A stretch of 64,000 bases of DNA, from NCBI GenBank assembly GCA_022704435.1, contig JAKJGK010000001.1, positions 33,554 to 97,553 of the forward strand, read 5' to 3'. The translations under genes and the position numbers were made by a program. Shown here piece by piece: positions 1 to 10,178 of this stretch (within the stretch, counting starts at the first letter, position 1; each line of letters begins with the position of its first letter). The DNA comes from Synergistota bacterium. Its GTDB lineage: Bacteria; Synergistota; Synergistia; Synergistales; Aminobacteriaceae. The notes below the pieces were generated by a model. The model had not been told where the DNA came from and did no database searches. It saw nothing but the letters and a program-made list of their open reading frames with translations.

Positions 1-26
1 GTCAGGATCGGTACCAGGATCTCCAC
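1..26 (-). CDS. ABC transporter permease, second subunit (5' end only, runs off window)
   Basis: GTG at 26 lies 6 nt after a GGAGGGGG RBS (complement of 33-40), just past the stop of the upstream permease. Only 8 codons (VEILVPIL) are visible. The call rests on operon logic: SBP-ATPase-permease-permease. Confidence 0.35.
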
Positions 27-27
27 G

Positions 28-1134
28 TTATTCCCCCTCCTTCAGGGCTTCCGGGCTCGCCCGGTGTCCGCCCCCTGTGACGATCCTTATGCGGAACTTC
101 CTGAAGAACTCCCCCCCAAGGACGAAGAAGAGTATCAGTCCCTGCAGGACGAGCATGCTCGACACGGGCAGCCGCATGACGATCTGCAGGGTCTCGCTGC
201 CGACCAGCAAGACACCCAGCAGAAACGACACGAGGATGATCCCCACCGGGTGCAATCGCGCCAGCCATGCGACGATTATCGCAGTGTAGCCGTACCCGCC
301 GGAGAAGCCGGCCTGCAGGCGTCCCTGCAGCCCGGAGAGCTCGCACATCCCCGCCACCCCGGCGATTGCGCCGGATATGAACATCACCAGCACCACGTTC
401 TTCACGTAGCTCATGCCGGCGAAGCCCGCGGCCTTGGGGTTCTCGCCCATGACCCTGATCTCGTACCCCCACCTGGTGAAGCGCAGGACCACCCAGAAGA
501 CCAGGGGGAGCAGCAGAGCGAGTATCAGGCCCGCGTGCACCCTGGTGCCGCAGTAGCAGGTCAGCCGCGCCGTGTCCGGGAAGAGAGGCGTCATCGGGAA
601 GCCGAGGCTCGTCGGGTCGCGCCAGGGCCCGTAGATGAAGTAGTTGAAGAAGTTGATAGCCACGTAGTTGAGCATCAGGGTGGTGATTATCTCGTTTACG
701 TTCCACTTCGCCCGAAAAAAGCCCGCTATGGCCGCCCAAACTCCCCCTGCGATTCCGGAGAGCACGAACATGATGGCGAACATGACCAGGCGGTTGTCCA
801 CGAAGCAGTAGCGGACGGCGGCGGCTGCCGCGATCGCCCCCATGAATATCTGCCCCTCGCACCCTATGTTCCAGATCAGCATGGTGAATGCCAGCATGAC
901 GGCTATCGCGACCATGGTCAATGGTATGGCCTTGACTATCGTCTCGCTTATCCCGTAGGCGTCCCCCAACGATGCCCTGACGATCGTGGAGTACGCCTTC
1001 GCCGGAGACACGCCCATGAAGTGCAGGAAGACGGCACCCATCGCGAGGGCGGAGACCAGCGAGAGGACGGGTATCATCAGACCGAGGAGCCTCGATGTCT
1101 CGAGGCGGGGCTCGACCTTCAGGGAGAGTCTCAT
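28..1134 (-). CDS. ABC transporter permease (BMP/nucleoside-sugar type)
   Basis: ORF 28..1566 trimmed to the internal ATG at 1134 (MRLSLKVEPRLE...), which overlaps the ATPase stop as ATGA. The protein is polytopic and hydrophobic (LMIPVLSLVSALAMGAVFL..., IGCEGQIFMGAIAAAAAV), typical of this permease family. Confidence 0.8.
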   Translation of the reverse strand: MRLSLKVEPRLETSRLLGLMIPVLSLVSALAMGAVFLHFMGVSPAKAYSTIVRASLGDAYGISETIVKAIPLTMVAIAVMLAFTMLIWNIGCEGQIFMGAIAAAAAVRYCFVDNRLVMFAIMFVLSGIAGGVWAAIAGFFRAKWNVNEIITTLMLNYVAINFFNYFIYGPWRDPTSLGFPMTPLFPDTARLTCYCGTRVHAGLILALLLPLVFWVVLRFTRWGYEIRVMGENPKAAGFAGMSYVKNVVLVMFISGAIAGVAGMCELSGLQGRLQAGFSGGYGYTAIIVAWLARLHPVGIILVSFLLGVLLVGSETLQIVMRLPVSSMLVLQGLILFFVLGGEFFRKFRIRIVTGGGHRASPEALKEGE

Positions 1135-2699
1135 GCGGACCTCCCCTCCTTCCCCGCCGAGGCGAAAGCCTCCTCCATCCGCGTCCCGGCCATCATGAGC
1201 CCTATGGCCTCTATCGGCGCGCCCGCCGGGTTCTCGATAACTCCCATGACCTCCCCCTTGAACATGACGGCTAGTCGGTCGCTCATCGCGAGCAGCTCGT
1301 CCAGGTCCTCCGACACCAGCAGCACCGCGCCCCCGACGTCCCGCGCGGCCAGGAGCTGCTCCCTCACGAACTTCGTCGCGGCCACGTCCAGTCCCCATGT
1401 TGGATGGGCGGCAATTATCGCCTTTGGAGAGTCGCTGAGCTCCCTGCCCAGCATGAGCTTCTGAAGGTTGCCCCCGGAGAGGTTCCTCACCGGGGTGCCT
1501 ATGGAGGGCGTGCTCACGCTGTATCGCGAGACCAGGTCGCGCGCGAAGGAGAATACCTCCCTCCATACTATGAAGCCCCTCTTCGAGACCGGCTTATTCC
1601 AGTATCTCTTAAGTATGGAGTTCTCGCTTATGTTCATGTTCGGGACGAGCCCGGTCCCCTTCCTGTCCGCCGGTATGTAGTGCACCCCTCCGTCGATGAT
1701 CTTCTTAGGGAGCGAGTTGGTCAGGTCGGCGCCGTTGATGAGGATGCGGCCGGACTCGACCCTTCGAAGTCCCGCTATCGCCTCGCACAGCTCCGCCTGG
1801 CCGTTGCCGGCCACTCCGGCGATGCCCAGAATCTCGCCCTCTCTAACCGAGAGAGTCAGTCCGGCAATCGCGGGGAAGCCCCTGTCGTTCAGGGCCCTGA
1901 CCGATTCGCACTCGATGATCGGCCTTCCGGGCGAGCTGATTTTTTTCTCGATCTTGAAGACCATCTTCTGCCCGACCATCATCTCGGCGAGCTTCTCCTT
2001 GGTGGTGGATGCGGTGTCGACGGTCCCGACGTGGCGCCCCTTGCGCAGGATGGTGACGCGGTTGGACAGCCCCATGACCTCGGCCATCTTGTGGGAGATG
2101 AAGACTACTCCATGCCCTTCCGAGGTCATCTGTCGAACCGTCTCGAACAGGCGCTCCGCCTCCTGCGGGGTGAGCACCGCCGTGGGCTCGTCGAGGACGA
2201 GGATGTTCGCCCTCCTGTACAGCATCTGCAGTATCGCCACCCGCTGCTGCTCGCCGATGGACAGCTGCCAGATCCTGGCGTCCGGGTCCACCGCCAGTCC
2301 GTACCGCTGAGACAGCTCTTCTATCCTATCGTGGATGGCGCGTTTCGGAAGCACCGAGGGCAGCCCGTCCACGCCGAGGATCATGTTCTCCCAGACGGTC
2401 TGGCTCGGTATCAGCATGAAGTGCTGGTGGACCATGCCGATTCCGGCGGTGATCGCATCGCGCGGAGAGGAGAAGGACACCTCCCTCCCGCCGACGGTCA
2501 GTGTCCCGCTGTCCGGTCTGTACAGGCCGTAGAGCACGCTCATCAGGGTGGACTTGCCCGCCCCGTTCTCCCCGAGAAGGGCGTGCACCTCCCCGGCGCG
2601 CACGTCGAAATCAACCTCCTGGTTTGCGGTCACTCCAGCGAAGCGCTTGGTGATCTTTTCCATGCGGACGAGCAGTCGCGAAGGATCCGGAGTCCCCAT
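1131..2699 (-). CDS. ABC transporter ATP-binding protein with duplicated ATPase domains
   Basis: 522 aa. Walker A GENGAGKST and signature LSIGEQQRV in the first half. Second cassette has GVAGNGQ and LSGGNLQK. This is the usual sugar/nucleoside tandem-ATPase architecture. Confidence 0.9.
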   Translation of the reverse strand: MGTPDPSRLLVRMEKITKRFAGVTANQEVDFDVRAGEVHALLGENGAGKSTLMSVLYGLYRPDSGTLTVGGREVSFSSPRDAITAGIGMVHQHFMLIPSQTVWENMILGVDGLPSVLPKRAIHDRIEELSQRYGLAVDPDARIWQLSIGEQQRVAILQMLYRRANILVLDEPTAVLTPQEAERLFETVRQMTSEGHGVVFISHKMAEVMGLSNRVTILRKGRHVGTVDTASTTKEKLAEMMVGQKMVFKIEKKISSPGRPIIECESVRALNDRGFPAIAGLTLSVREGEILGIAGVAGNGQAELCEAIAGLRRVESGRILINGADLTNSLPKKIIDGGVHYIPADRKGTGLVPNMNISENSILKRYWNKPVSKRGFIVWREVFSFARDLVSRYSVSTPSIGTPVRNLSGGNLQKLMLGRELSDSPKAIIAAHPTWGLDVAATKFVREQLLAARDVGGAVLLVSEDLDELLAMSDRLAVMFKGEVMGVIENPAGAPIEAIGLMMAGTRMEEAFASAGKEGRSA

Positions 2700-2730
2700 T
2701 TCTCTTCCCCCTGTGCTGAATTTTACCCTA

Positions 2731-2759
2731 CAAAAAAGGGGCGCGGAGACCGCACCCCT
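2731..2759 (-). terminator. Intra-operon hairpin/attenuator after the SBP gene
   Basis: On the minus strand: AGGGGTGCGG-TCT-CCGCGCCCCT (10 bp stem with one G.U) followed by TTTTTGT. It lies between the SBP stop (2785) and the ATPase start (2699). Confidence 0.55.
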
Positions 2760-2784
2760 TTCCCTTTCCGATCAAAGCTAAAGG

Positions 2785-3870
2785 TTATTGGGGCAGTTCG
2801 CCCTTGACTCCCTCCACGAACCAGTTCATGGAGAGCATCTCGGCGTCTGTCATTGCGGAGCCCTCGGGCACTCTGACCTCGCCGCTCTGATCCTTCACCG
2901 GGCCGTAGAAGACATCCCACTCGCCGGAGACTATCCTGGCCTTCTCCTCCTCGACAAGCTCTTTGACCGAATCCGGGACGTCCTTGCCGTAGGGGGCGAG
3001 TCCGACCATCCCCTCCTTCAGGCCGTACCAGATGTGCTTCGGCGCCCAGGTCCCGTCGATTACCTGCCCTATCGTCTCCTTGTAGACCATCCCCCAGTCC
3101 CAGATCGGGGCGGTGAGGTGCTTGGTCGGAGCGTAGGCGCTCATGTCGTTATTATACCCCACAACGTAAACTCCCGCCTCCTCCGCCGCCTGCGGAGTGG
3201 CCCCCGTGTCGGCGTGCATCGCGAGGACGTCCACGCCCGAGTCGATCAGTGCCTTGGCCGCCTCCTTCTCCTTCGCCGGGTCGAGCCAGGAGAAGATCCA
3301 TATCACCTGCACCTCGGCATCGGGGTTGGCCCTGCGAACGCCGCGGGTGAAGGAGTTGATGCCCCTGATGACCTCCGGGATCGGGTGAGCGCCTACGAAG
3401 CCGATCTTGTTGTTCTTGGTCATCTTGCCGGCTACGAGGCCCGAGAGGTAGCGCGCCTGGTACATTCTTCCGAAGTAGGTGCCCATGTTGGGGGCGTCCT
3501 TGTAGCCGGAGCAGTGCATGAAGATGACGTCGGGGTACTTGTTGGCCACTTCAAGGATGAAGTCCATGTAGCCGAAGGTTGTGCCGAAGATGACCTTCGA
3601 GCCGTTGCGGATCATGGTCTCGAAGACCCTGGCCGCATCGTGGCTCTCGGGGATCGACTCCACGAATACGGACTTCACGCCGGGGTACTTCTCCTCCATC
3701 TCGAGGCGTCCCTTCTCATGCATGAAAGTCCATCCGCCATCGCCTATCGGACCGATGTAGACGAAACCGGGGTTGATCTCCTCTGCGGGAATGGGGGGGA
3801 ACGCGGCGTACGCCGCACCGCACATGGTGAAACCGAGAACCAATACCAGGAGCCAGCCGAACCTTCTCAT
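2785..3870 (-). CDS. BMP-family ABC transporter substrate-binding protein (PnrA/Med-like, nucleoside-type)
   Basis: 361 aa with an N-terminal signal sequence (LLVLVLGFTMCGAAYA). Family-typical segments: GFVYIGPIGDGGW, GTTFGYMD, KIGFVGAHPIPEV. Confidence 0.85.
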   Translation of the reverse strand: MRRFGWLLVLVLGFTMCGAAYAAFPPIPAEEINPGFVYIGPIGDGGWTFMHEKGRLEMEEKYPGVKSVFVESIPESHDAARVFETMIRNGSKVIFGTTFGYMDFILEVANKYPDVIFMHCSGYKDAPNMGTYFGRMYQARYLSGLVAGKMTKNNKIGFVGAHPIPEVIRGINSFTRGVRRANPDAEVQVIWIFSWLDPAKEKEAAKALIDSGVDVLAMHADTGATPQAAEEAGVYVVGYNNDMSAYAPTKHLTAPIWDWGMVYKETIGQVIDGTWAPKHIWYGLKEGMVGLAPYGKDVPDSVKELVEEEKARIVSGEWDVFYGPVKDQSGEVRVPEGSAMTDAEMLSMNWFVEGVKGELPQ

Positions 3871-4094
3871 TGAATCTACCTCCCTGATTATGGATTTGAG
3901 GGACTCCTCCCTCCCGAACTATTATACAGCACGAGCCGTAAAAGAGCAGTAGATAGCCGCTCGCGTTTCTATAATAGACCGCCAGGTCATAGTTCAGCCC
4001 GCCTTAACGAGAATAATGGGCGCTTTCGCATACCGGCCGCCCGTGCTAGAATACTTGGGAGCAGAAGGGACAGCAATTCAAAGGAGGGTTCGAC

Positions 4095-4571
4095 TTGTCC
4101 GCCGACAGGTATGTCAAAACGTATTCCGTCTCTTGGGAGCAGGTGCACAGGGACTGCAAGGCGCTCGCATGGCGTCTCGTGGGCGTGCAGAAGTGGGAGC
4201 GCATAATCGGAATAGCCCGGGGAGGGCTGATACCTGCGGCGATCATCGCCAGGGAGCTTGACGTCAGGCTGGTTGACACGGTGTGCGTGTCCAGCTACAC
4301 CCTTCGAACCCAGGGGGAGTTCTCCATTCTCAAGGAGATCCAGGGCGACGGAGAGGGGTGGCTGATAATCGACGACCTGGTAGACACCGGAAAGACCGCC
4401 CAGGTCGTCAGGAGGATGCTACCCAAGGCCCACTTCGCGGCGGTCTACGCCAAGCCCGAGGGCAGGGCGTTCGTTGACACCTTCATCACCGAGGTCAGCC
4501 AGGACACATGGATCCTGTTCCCGTGGGACACCGAGACCTCGTACGCCAAACCGATAGTGGAGCAGCAGTAA
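4095..4571 (+). CDS. gpt: Xanthine-guanine phosphoribosyltransferase
   Basis: 158 aa, collinear with E. coli Gpt from memory. Shared segments: [32 protein letters not shown], the PRPP loop [36 protein letters not shown]. Confidence 0.9.
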   Translation: MSADRYVKTYSVSWEQVHRDCKALAWRLVGVQKWERIIGIARGGLIPAAIIARELDVRLVDTVCVSSYTLRTQGEFSILKEIQGDGEGWLIIDDLVDTGKTAQVVRRMLPKAHFAAVYAKPEGRAFVDTFITEVSQDTWILFPWDTETSYAKPIVEQQ

Positions 4572-4591
4572 CCGAAAGGCGGGATTGATCC

Positions 4592-5059
4592 TTGGCTTAC
4601 CTCAAGTACACGAGCCTTCTGATCTTCTGGGGCTGGATACTGTCAGTCGCCTATATCCGGTATATCCTCCCCTTCATCGAGTCCGCCCTGGACGCGGTCG
4701 ACACCATCGAGCAGGGCGGAGGGGCATTTCGAAGGGGGATCGCCTTCGCGACGAAGATCCTCATGGCCGGCGCCCAGATGTACGTGCTGGGCACATGGTC
4801 GGCCTACTGCGTCATAAGGACGATGATATTCCTGGCTCCGCCGGAGGCGAGCGGTTGGCTGTACTACCCGACCGCCTTCGTGGTCTGCGAGGGATTCCTC
4901 GGCGCCGTGGCGAAGAAGGAGAAGTTCAGAGGGCTGCTCTCGGTGGTCCACTCGGCGATGGCCATGGGGCTGTTCGTCATATTCGCGATGAACCCGTACT
5001 TCCTGAGGTCGGTCTACCCCTGGCTGTTCCCGATCATGAACTTCTCCCTCCCGCACTGA
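4592..5059 (+). CDS. Hypothetical integral membrane protein
   Basis: 155 aa, TTG start, about 4 hydrophobic helices (LLIFWGWILSVAYI, ILMAGAQMYVLGTWSAYCVI, AMAMGLFVIFAM). No family recognised. Confidence 0.5.
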   Translation: MAYLKYTSLLIFWGWILSVAYIRYILPFIESALDAVDTIEQGGGAFRRGIAFATKILMAGAQMYVLGTWSAYCVIRTMIFLAPPEASGWLYYPTAFVVCEGFLGAVAKKEKFRGLLSVVHSAMAMGLFVIFAMNPYFLRSVYPWLFPIMNFSLPH

Positions 5060-5065
5060 CGCCGT

Positions 5066-5431
5066 CTAGTTCGCGGCCTCGGGGTCGCCCTCGGGGGGCA
5101 CTATGCAGATGAACTCGAACGCCGAGTCGCCGGTGTTCTCGAACGAGTGCTCGACATCCGGCGGGACGAAGGCCCAGCACCCGCCCTCGAGCTGATGGAC
5201 GGCGCCGTCTATCGTTCCTTTGCATCTGCCGGCCAAGATGAACATGTAGTGGGGCCAGGGGTGGCTGTGGAAGGGGGTCGTGACGCCCGCGTCCACCCTG
5301 AAGTGGCGCGCCACGTAGTCGCCCCAGTGATTTCCGGGCGAGAACACCACCCTCTTCTCGATGCCCGGCGCGTGGGACGCCCCGAGCGGCAGGTCTGCCA
5401 GCCTTCCGGCCAGCACTGCTCCTTTCGACAT
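5066..5431 (-). CDS. Cupin domain protein
   Basis: 121 aa with a cupin metal-binding pattern (TPFHSHPWPHYMFILAG ... AFVPPDVEHSFENTG). Divergent from the TRAP operon. Confidence 0.7.
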   Translation of the reverse strand: MSKGAVLAGRLADLPLGASHAPGIEKRVVFSPGNHWGDYVARHFRVDAGVTTPFHSHPWPHYMFILAGRCKGTIDGAVHQLEGGCWAFVPPDVEHSFENTGDSAFEFICIVPPEGDPEAAN

Positions 5432-5534
5432 AACCGCATCACACTCCTTTCAACTTTGCTGCATCAGTCGCGATCGTAGCACCAGGCTGCCCCCAAGTCC
5501 AGCCGGCAATCGAACAGCTTTGGCGGAGCGGGGC

Positions 5535-5562
5535 TTGTATTGGCGGCGCGAGGGTCTATAAT
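5535..5562 (+). promoter_or_regulatory. Candidate sigma70 promoter for the TRAP operon
   Basis: TTGTAT (5535-5540), 16 nt spacer, TATAAT (5557-5562), about 60 nt upstream of the ATG at 5624. Confidence 0.35.
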
Positions 5563-5623
5563 GCCTTCCCAAAGGATGATGCGTCCAAGGGGCGCGAAAA
5601 CAAACCCGAAGGGAGAATGAGAA

Positions 5624-6595
5624 ATGAGGAAATTTGGAAGCGTGGCGGCGCTGGCGATCCTTGCCCTCGCCCTGGTCTGCGGAACGAGCGCGGCGGCGAC
5701 CGACATCAAGCTCGCCCACGTCGTGAACGAGAACGACGCCTTTCACGTGTGCGCCCTGAAGTTCAAGGAGGTCGTCGAGGCCGAGAGCGGGGGGGAGCTG
5801 ACCGTCTCGATCTACCCGAACGCGCAGCTCGGCGACGAGCGCAACCTGCTTGAGAGCATGCGGATGGGCGTGGTCGACTCGGCCATAATAACGGGCGGCC
5901 CGATCATGAACTTCATGCCCAAGTTCGGCGTGTTCGACCTGCCGTTCCTCTTCTCCACCCCGGAGCAGGCCTACAGAGTGCTGGACGGCGAGATAGGCAA
6001 GAAGATGCTGGAGGAGATGGCACAGCACGGCTGGAAGGGGCTGGCCTACGGGGAGCGCGGATTCCGCAACCTGACCAACAGCAAGCACCCGGTGTCCACG
6101 CCCGAGGACATGAAGGGACTGAAGATTCGTCTCATGCAGAACCCGGTCTACGTCGACTCCTTCAGGGCGCTGGGCGCGAACGCGGTGCCCATGGCCTGGA
6201 CCGAGGCCCTGACCGCCCTCCAGCAGGGAGCCATAGACGGCCAGGAGAACCCGCTGAACGTCATAGTCTCCTTCAACCTGTTCGAGTCCCAGAAGTACCT
6301 GGCCATCACCAGGCACGCCTACGCCCCCAACGTCATCATGATGAGCATGAAGACCTGGGAGAAGCTCTCCCCCGAGCTTCAGTCGATAGTCCAGGACGCG
6401 GCCGTCAAGGCGGCCGAGGCCAACAGGACCTACGACAACGAGAAGGAGGCGGAGTGGCTCCAGTTCCTCAAGGACAAGGGGATGGAGGTCACCACGCCCG
6501 ACACCGCGGCCTTCCGCGAGGCTGTGAAGCCCGTCTACGAGAAGTACGAGGAGGAGTTCGGCAAGGAGCTCGTCGAGGCGATACTTGCCGAATGA
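5624..6595 (+). CDS. TRAP transporter substrate-binding protein (DctP family)
   Basis: 323 aa. Signal peptide (AALAILALALVCGTSAA). DctP-family segments: KLAHVVNENDAFH, LKIRLMQNPVYVDSFRALGANAVPMAWTEALTALQQGAIDGQENP. Confidence 0.88.
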   Translation: MRKFGSVAALAILALALVCGTSAAATDIKLAHVVNENDAFHVCALKFKEVVEAESGGELTVSIYPNAQLGDERNLLESMRMGVVDSAIITGGPIMNFMPKFGVFDLPFLFSTPEQAYRVLDGEIGKKMLEEMAQHGWKGLAYGERGFRNLTNSKHPVSTPEDMKGLKIRLMQNPVYVDSFRALGANAVPMAWTEALTALQQGAIDGQENPLNVIVSFNLFESQKYLAITRHAYAPNVIMMSMKTWEKLSPELQSIVQDAAVKAAEANRTYDNEKEAEWLQFLKDKGMEVTTPDTAAFREAVKPVYEKYEEEFGKELVEAILAE

Positions 6596-6608
6596 CGAGG
6601 AGCGCCGG

Positions 6609-7115
6609 ATGAACCCCGGGGATAACAGCGCAGGGGGCGGCGGCAGGTCGCCCCTTGCGCGCCTGAGCGACTCTGTGAACAGGATCAGCGAGGTCCTGCT
6701 CTTCGTCCTGATGATGCTGATGATAGCGGTGACGTCGCTTCAGATAGTCTGCAGGGTCTTCTTCGAGGCCCTGATTTGGTCCGAGGAGCTGACGACCTAC
6801 CTGCTCGTCGCCTCCTCGCTGCTGGGCGCTGCGGTGGCCTTCAAGCGAGGCTCCCACATCGCCGTGACCTTCCTGGTGGACAGAATGCCGCCCGCCTTGA
6901 GGAGGGCGGCACGCATCTTCGTGCAGCTGACCGGCATGGTATTCTTCTCCGTCGTGGCCTTCTACGGCGCCGTGCTGACTAGGTCCGAGGCGATGCAGAC
7001 GACTCCCGCGATGGGAATATCCATGACGTGGATATACCTTGTCTACCCTGTAGCGGGCTGCGTCGTGCTGCTTCACCTGGCCGCCGGGTTCGCGGCCGGG
7101 GACTGGAGGGAATAG
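6609..7115 (+). CDS. TRAP transporter small permease (DctQ family)
   Basis: ORF 6585..7115 trimmed to ATG 6609, which has a GAGGAG RBS 8 nt upstream. Four hydrophobic helices. Positioned between the DctP-like and DctM-like genes. Confidence 0.8.
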   Translation: MNPGDNSAGGGGRSPLARLSDSVNRISEVLLFVLMMLMIAVTSLQIVCRVFFEALIWSEELTTYLLVASSLLGAAVAFKRGSHIAVTFLVDRMPPALRRAARIFVQLTGMVFFSVVAFYGAVLTRSEAMQTTPAMGISMTWIYLVYPVAGCVVLLHLAAGFAAGDWRE

Positions 7116-7116
7116 C

Positions 7117-8406
7117 ATGGGACTCGTGCTGGCCGGCGGTTTCATACTGTTCATGCTCCTCGGTGTCCCGGTGGGGCTCGCGATAGGCGCGTCGGGGCTC
7201 CTCGTGGTCTTCCTGAGCGGCTTCCCGCTAGAGATGATCCCGCAGACGATGTTCTCCGGGAACGAGTCCTTCGCGCTGGTGGCCGTGCCGTTCTTCGTCC
7301 TGGCCGGCGACCTTCTCGCCAAGGGCGGAATCTCCGAGAGGATAATAGCCTTCGCGGAGGCGACACTCGGGCGGTTCAGGGGCGGCCTGTCGATAGTCTC
7401 CACGGTCGCCTCGATGTTCATCGCGGCCATCTCCGGGTCGGGAGCCGCGACCACGGCGGCGGTCGGCTCCGCGCTCCTGCCCCAGCTCAAGCAGAAGGGG
7501 TACGACGTGGACTTCTCCGCCGCGCTCATAGCCTCCTCCGGCACCATAGGAGTGGTGATCCCGCCGAGCGTGCCGATGGTCCTGTACGCGGTGATAGCCG
7601 GAGTGTCGGTGGCAAAACTGTTCATGGCCGGCTTCGTGCCCGGGTTCCTGATGGGCGCCGGACTCATCGCATACTCGATCTATGTGGCGCGCAAGAGGGG
7701 GTACCCCGCCAGCGCTGCCACCACGGGGGCCGAGAAGCTGAGGCTGTTCCTGGACGCCACCTGGGGGCTAATAACTCCGGTGATAATCCTCGGAGGGATC
7801 TTTTCCGGCTACTTCACCCCCTCCGAGGCCGCCGCGGTCGCAGTTGTTTATTCAATGCTTCTTGCGTTCTTTGTCTACCGGTCCATGACGTTCAGGCAGT
7901 TCTACGACCTCGTGGTGGGGGCCGGGGTCACGTCGGCCCTTATAATGTTCATCATCTCGACGGCCAAGCTTTTCGGATGGGGGCTCGCCTTCTACCGGAT
8001 ACCGGAGGCGGTTGCGCGCTTCCTGCTCGGCTTCGCGGGCGGCAGCCATTTCATGATATACCTCATGATCACGGTGATAGTCCTGCTGGCCGGGATGTTT
8101 ATGGAGACGGCGTCCGCCCTGATCGTCCTGACGCCGGTGCTGCTGCCGACGGTCGTACAGACGGGCGGCAACCTGCTTCACTTCGGGGTGGTCCTGGTGG
8201 TGGGGCTCGCGATAGGAATGGCCACGCCTCCGGTGGCGATCAACATCTACGTCGCCGGGGCTATCTCGGGCCTCTCCATGGAGCAGATATGCAGGCCGAT
8301 CATCCCGATGGTCCTGGTGCTGATAGGAGTTCTTCTGCTGGCTACGTATTTCCCGTCGACGATACTTCTGCTTCCCTCTCTCGTCTGGGGAGCCGGCGGG
8401 GTTTAG
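7117..8406 (+). CDS. TRAP transporter large permease (DctM family)
   Basis: 429 aa polytopic protein. DctM-typical segments: [40 protein letters not shown]. Confidence 0.88.
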   Translation: MGLVLAGGFILFMLLGVPVGLAIGASGLLVVFLSGFPLEMIPQTMFSGNESFALVAVPFFVLAGDLLAKGGISERIIAFAEATLGRFRGGLSIVSTVASMFIAAISGSGAATTAAVGSALLPQLKQKGYDVDFSAALIASSGTIGVVIPPSVPMVLYAVIAGVSVAKLFMAGFVPGFLMGAGLIAYSIYVARKRGYPASAATTGAEKLRLFLDATWGLITPVIILGGIFSGYFTPSEAAAVAVVYSMLLAFFVYRSMTFRQFYDLVVGAGVTSALIMFIISTAKLFGWGLAFYRIPEAVARFLLGFAGGSHFMIYLMITVIVLLAGMFMETASALIVLTPVLLPTVVQTGGNLLHFGVVLVVGLAIGMATPPVAINIYVAGAISGLSMEQICRPIIPMVLVLIGVLLLATYFPSTILLLPSLVWGAGGV

Positions 8407-8447
8407 CGATACGGGTGCATACCCGCGGACAGGAGGTTGCGAGGAAT

Positions 8448-10112
8448 TTGAAGAGCGACAGTGCTAAAAAAGGAGCGGAGCGGGCGCCACATCGCTCGCT
8501 GCTGAAGGCGTCGGGATACGCCGACTGGGAGATCGATCGCCCCTGGATCGGGGTGGCAAACGCGTACAACTCCATTATTCCGGGGCATGTACACCTGAAC
8601 AGGATAACCCAGGCCGTCAAGTCCGCGGTCTACGCCTTCGGCGGCCTCCCTCTCGAGTTCCCGGTCATAGGTGTGTGCGACGGGATAGCCATGAACCACG
8701 AGGGCATGAAGTACTCCTTGCCCAGCCGCGAGCTGATCATGGACTCGATAGAGCTCATGGCCAGGGCTCACGCGCTTGACGCGCTGGTCCTGGTCACCAA
8801 CTGCGACAAGATCATCCCTGGAATGGCAATGGCCGCGCTGTCGCTCAACATCCCGACGGTGATGATAAGCGGCGGGCCGATGCTGGCCGGGGTGTGCGAC
8901 GGCAAGGAGGTGGACCTCAGCAACATCTTCGAGGCGGTCGGCAGGAGGGCGGCGGGGACCATGTCCGACGAGGAGCTGCGCGAGATAGAGGACCTGACGT
9001 GCCCGACCTGCGGCTCCTGCGCGGGGATGTTCACTGCCAACACGATGAACTGCATGATGGAGGCGCTGGGGCTGGCTCTGCCCGGCAACGGGACGATCCC
9101 GGCGGTCTACTCCGCGCGCGACCGTCTGGCCAAGGAGGCGGGGCGAGCCGTAATGGCTCTCTTCGAGAGGGACATCCGTCCGAGAGACATAATGACACAG
9201 GCGGCTTTCGACAACGCGGTTGCGGTGGACATGGCGCTCGGCGGCTCGACGAACACGGCGCTGCACCTTCCCGCCCTGGCTCGCACCGCAGGCCTCTCCC
9301 TCACGCTGGATCGGTTCGACGAGATTGGAGCCCGCACGCCGCACCTGTGCAGCATGAGCCCGGGCGGCTCGCACCACATCCAGGACCTGTTCGCGGCCGG
9401 CGGAGTCCAGGCCGTGATGTCGAGGCTCGTGGAGGGAGGACTCATCGACGCGAGCCCGGTCACCGCGACAGGCAGGACCGTGGCCGAGAACCTCGAGGGA
9501 GTTCGAGTGAGGGACGACGCGGTGATTAGGCCTCTGAGAGACCCCTATCACGCCCAGGGGGGGCTGGCCGTCCTGAAGGGAAACCTCGCACCCGAGGGGA
9601 GCGTCGTAAAGCAGTCCGCGGTCGACCCCTCCATGCTCAGGCATTCCGGGCCTGCCAGGGTGTTCGACGGCGAGGAGGCCGTCACCGAGGCGATCCTGGG
9701 CGGCAGAATAAGGCACGGAGATGTCGTCGTGATCCGCTACGAGGGCCCCAAGGGCGGCCCGGGCATGCGGGAGATGCTGACTCCGACGTCCGCCCTGGCC
9801 GGGATGGGCATGGACAAGACGGTCGCCCTGATCACCGACGGACGTTTCTCCGGGGCTTCGCGAGGGGCATCGATAGGACACGTCTCCCCCGAGGCCGCGG
9901 CCGGCGGGGCGATCGGCCTGGTGGAGGAGGGCGACACGATAGAGATCGACATCCCGGGGAGGAGTCTGCATCTGGCGGTCCCCGAAGCCGAGCTGGAGCG
10001 CCGAAGGAAAGGGTGGCGCCCTGCGGAGCGTCCGGTTCAGAGCGGTTTCCTCCGCAGATACCGCTCGTTCGTCACTTCCGGGGCCGAGGGAGCGGTTTTC
10101 AAGGATGGCTAA
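8448..10112 (+). CDS. ilvD: Dihydroxy-acid dehydratase (IlvD/Edd family)
   Basis: ORF 7977..10112 trimmed to an in-frame TTG at 8448, because the upstream part overlaps the DctM-like gene; AGGAGG lies at 8431-8436. Collinear with B. subtilis IlvD from memory: [85 protein letters not shown]. Confidence 0.85.
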   Translation: MKSDSAKKGAERAPHRSLLKASGYADWEIDRPWIGVANAYNSIIPGHVHLNRITQAVKSAVYAFGGLPLEFPVIGVCDGIAMNHEGMKYSLPSRELIMDSIELMARAHALDALVLVTNCDKIIPGMAMAALSLNIPTVMISGGPMLAGVCDGKEVDLSNIFEAVGRRAAGTMSDEELREIEDLTCPTCGSCAGMFTANTMNCMMEALGLALPGNGTIPAVYSARDRLAKEAGRAVMALFERDIRPRDIMTQAAFDNAVAVDMALGGSTNTALHLPALARTAGLSLTLDRFDEIGARTPHLCSMSPGGSHHIQDLFAAGGVQAVMSRLVEGGLIDASPVTATGRTVAENLEGVRVRDDAVIRPLRDPYHAQGGLAVLKGNLAPEGSVVKQSAVDPSMLRHSGPARVFDGEEAVTEAILGGRIRHGDVVVIRYEGPKGGPGMREMLTPTSALAGMGMDKTVALITDGRFSGASRGASIGHVSPEAAAGGAIGLVEEGDTIEIDIPGRSLHLAVPEAELERRRKGWRPAERPVQSGFLRRYRSFVTSGAEGAVFKDG

Positions 10113-10114
10113 AC

Positions 10115-10150
10115 GAGAGGGAGGGGCCTCGTCCAAGGCCCCTCCCTCTC
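10115..10150. terminator. Strong hairpin between convergent ilvD and pfpI-like genes
   Basis: GAGAGGGAGGGGCC (10115-10128), 8 nt loop, GGCCCCTCCCTCTC (10137-10150): a 14 bp perfect stem. There is no clear U-tract on either side. Confidence 0.55.
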
Positions 10151-10178
10151 GCAATGCAGATGCGTCCGCGACAGTCGC

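Noticed and set aside
2-3873. Plus- and minus-strand shadow ORFs over the ABC operon: 2..862, 64..1464, 1404..2807, 2788..3873.
   Set aside because: These are mirror frames of the permease, ATPase and SBP genes, with low-complexity translations. The true genes have Walker and signature motifs and a signal peptide.
3871-4094. Possible purine riboswitch between the nucleoside ABC operon and gpt.
   Set aside because: I could not find the conserved purine-riboswitch core (the UAUAAU...P2/P3 loop-loop pattern and the junction ...CUACCG...GACUA) on either strand. Only promoter-like boxes are visible (TAGAAT on the + strand, TGTATAAT on the - strand).
7977-8447. N-terminal 157 codon extension of the ilvD ORF.
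   Set aside because: It overlaps the DctM-like coding region in another frame and translates to Gly/Arg/Pro-rich sequence. IlvD homology begins right after TTG 8448, which has an AGGAGG upstream.
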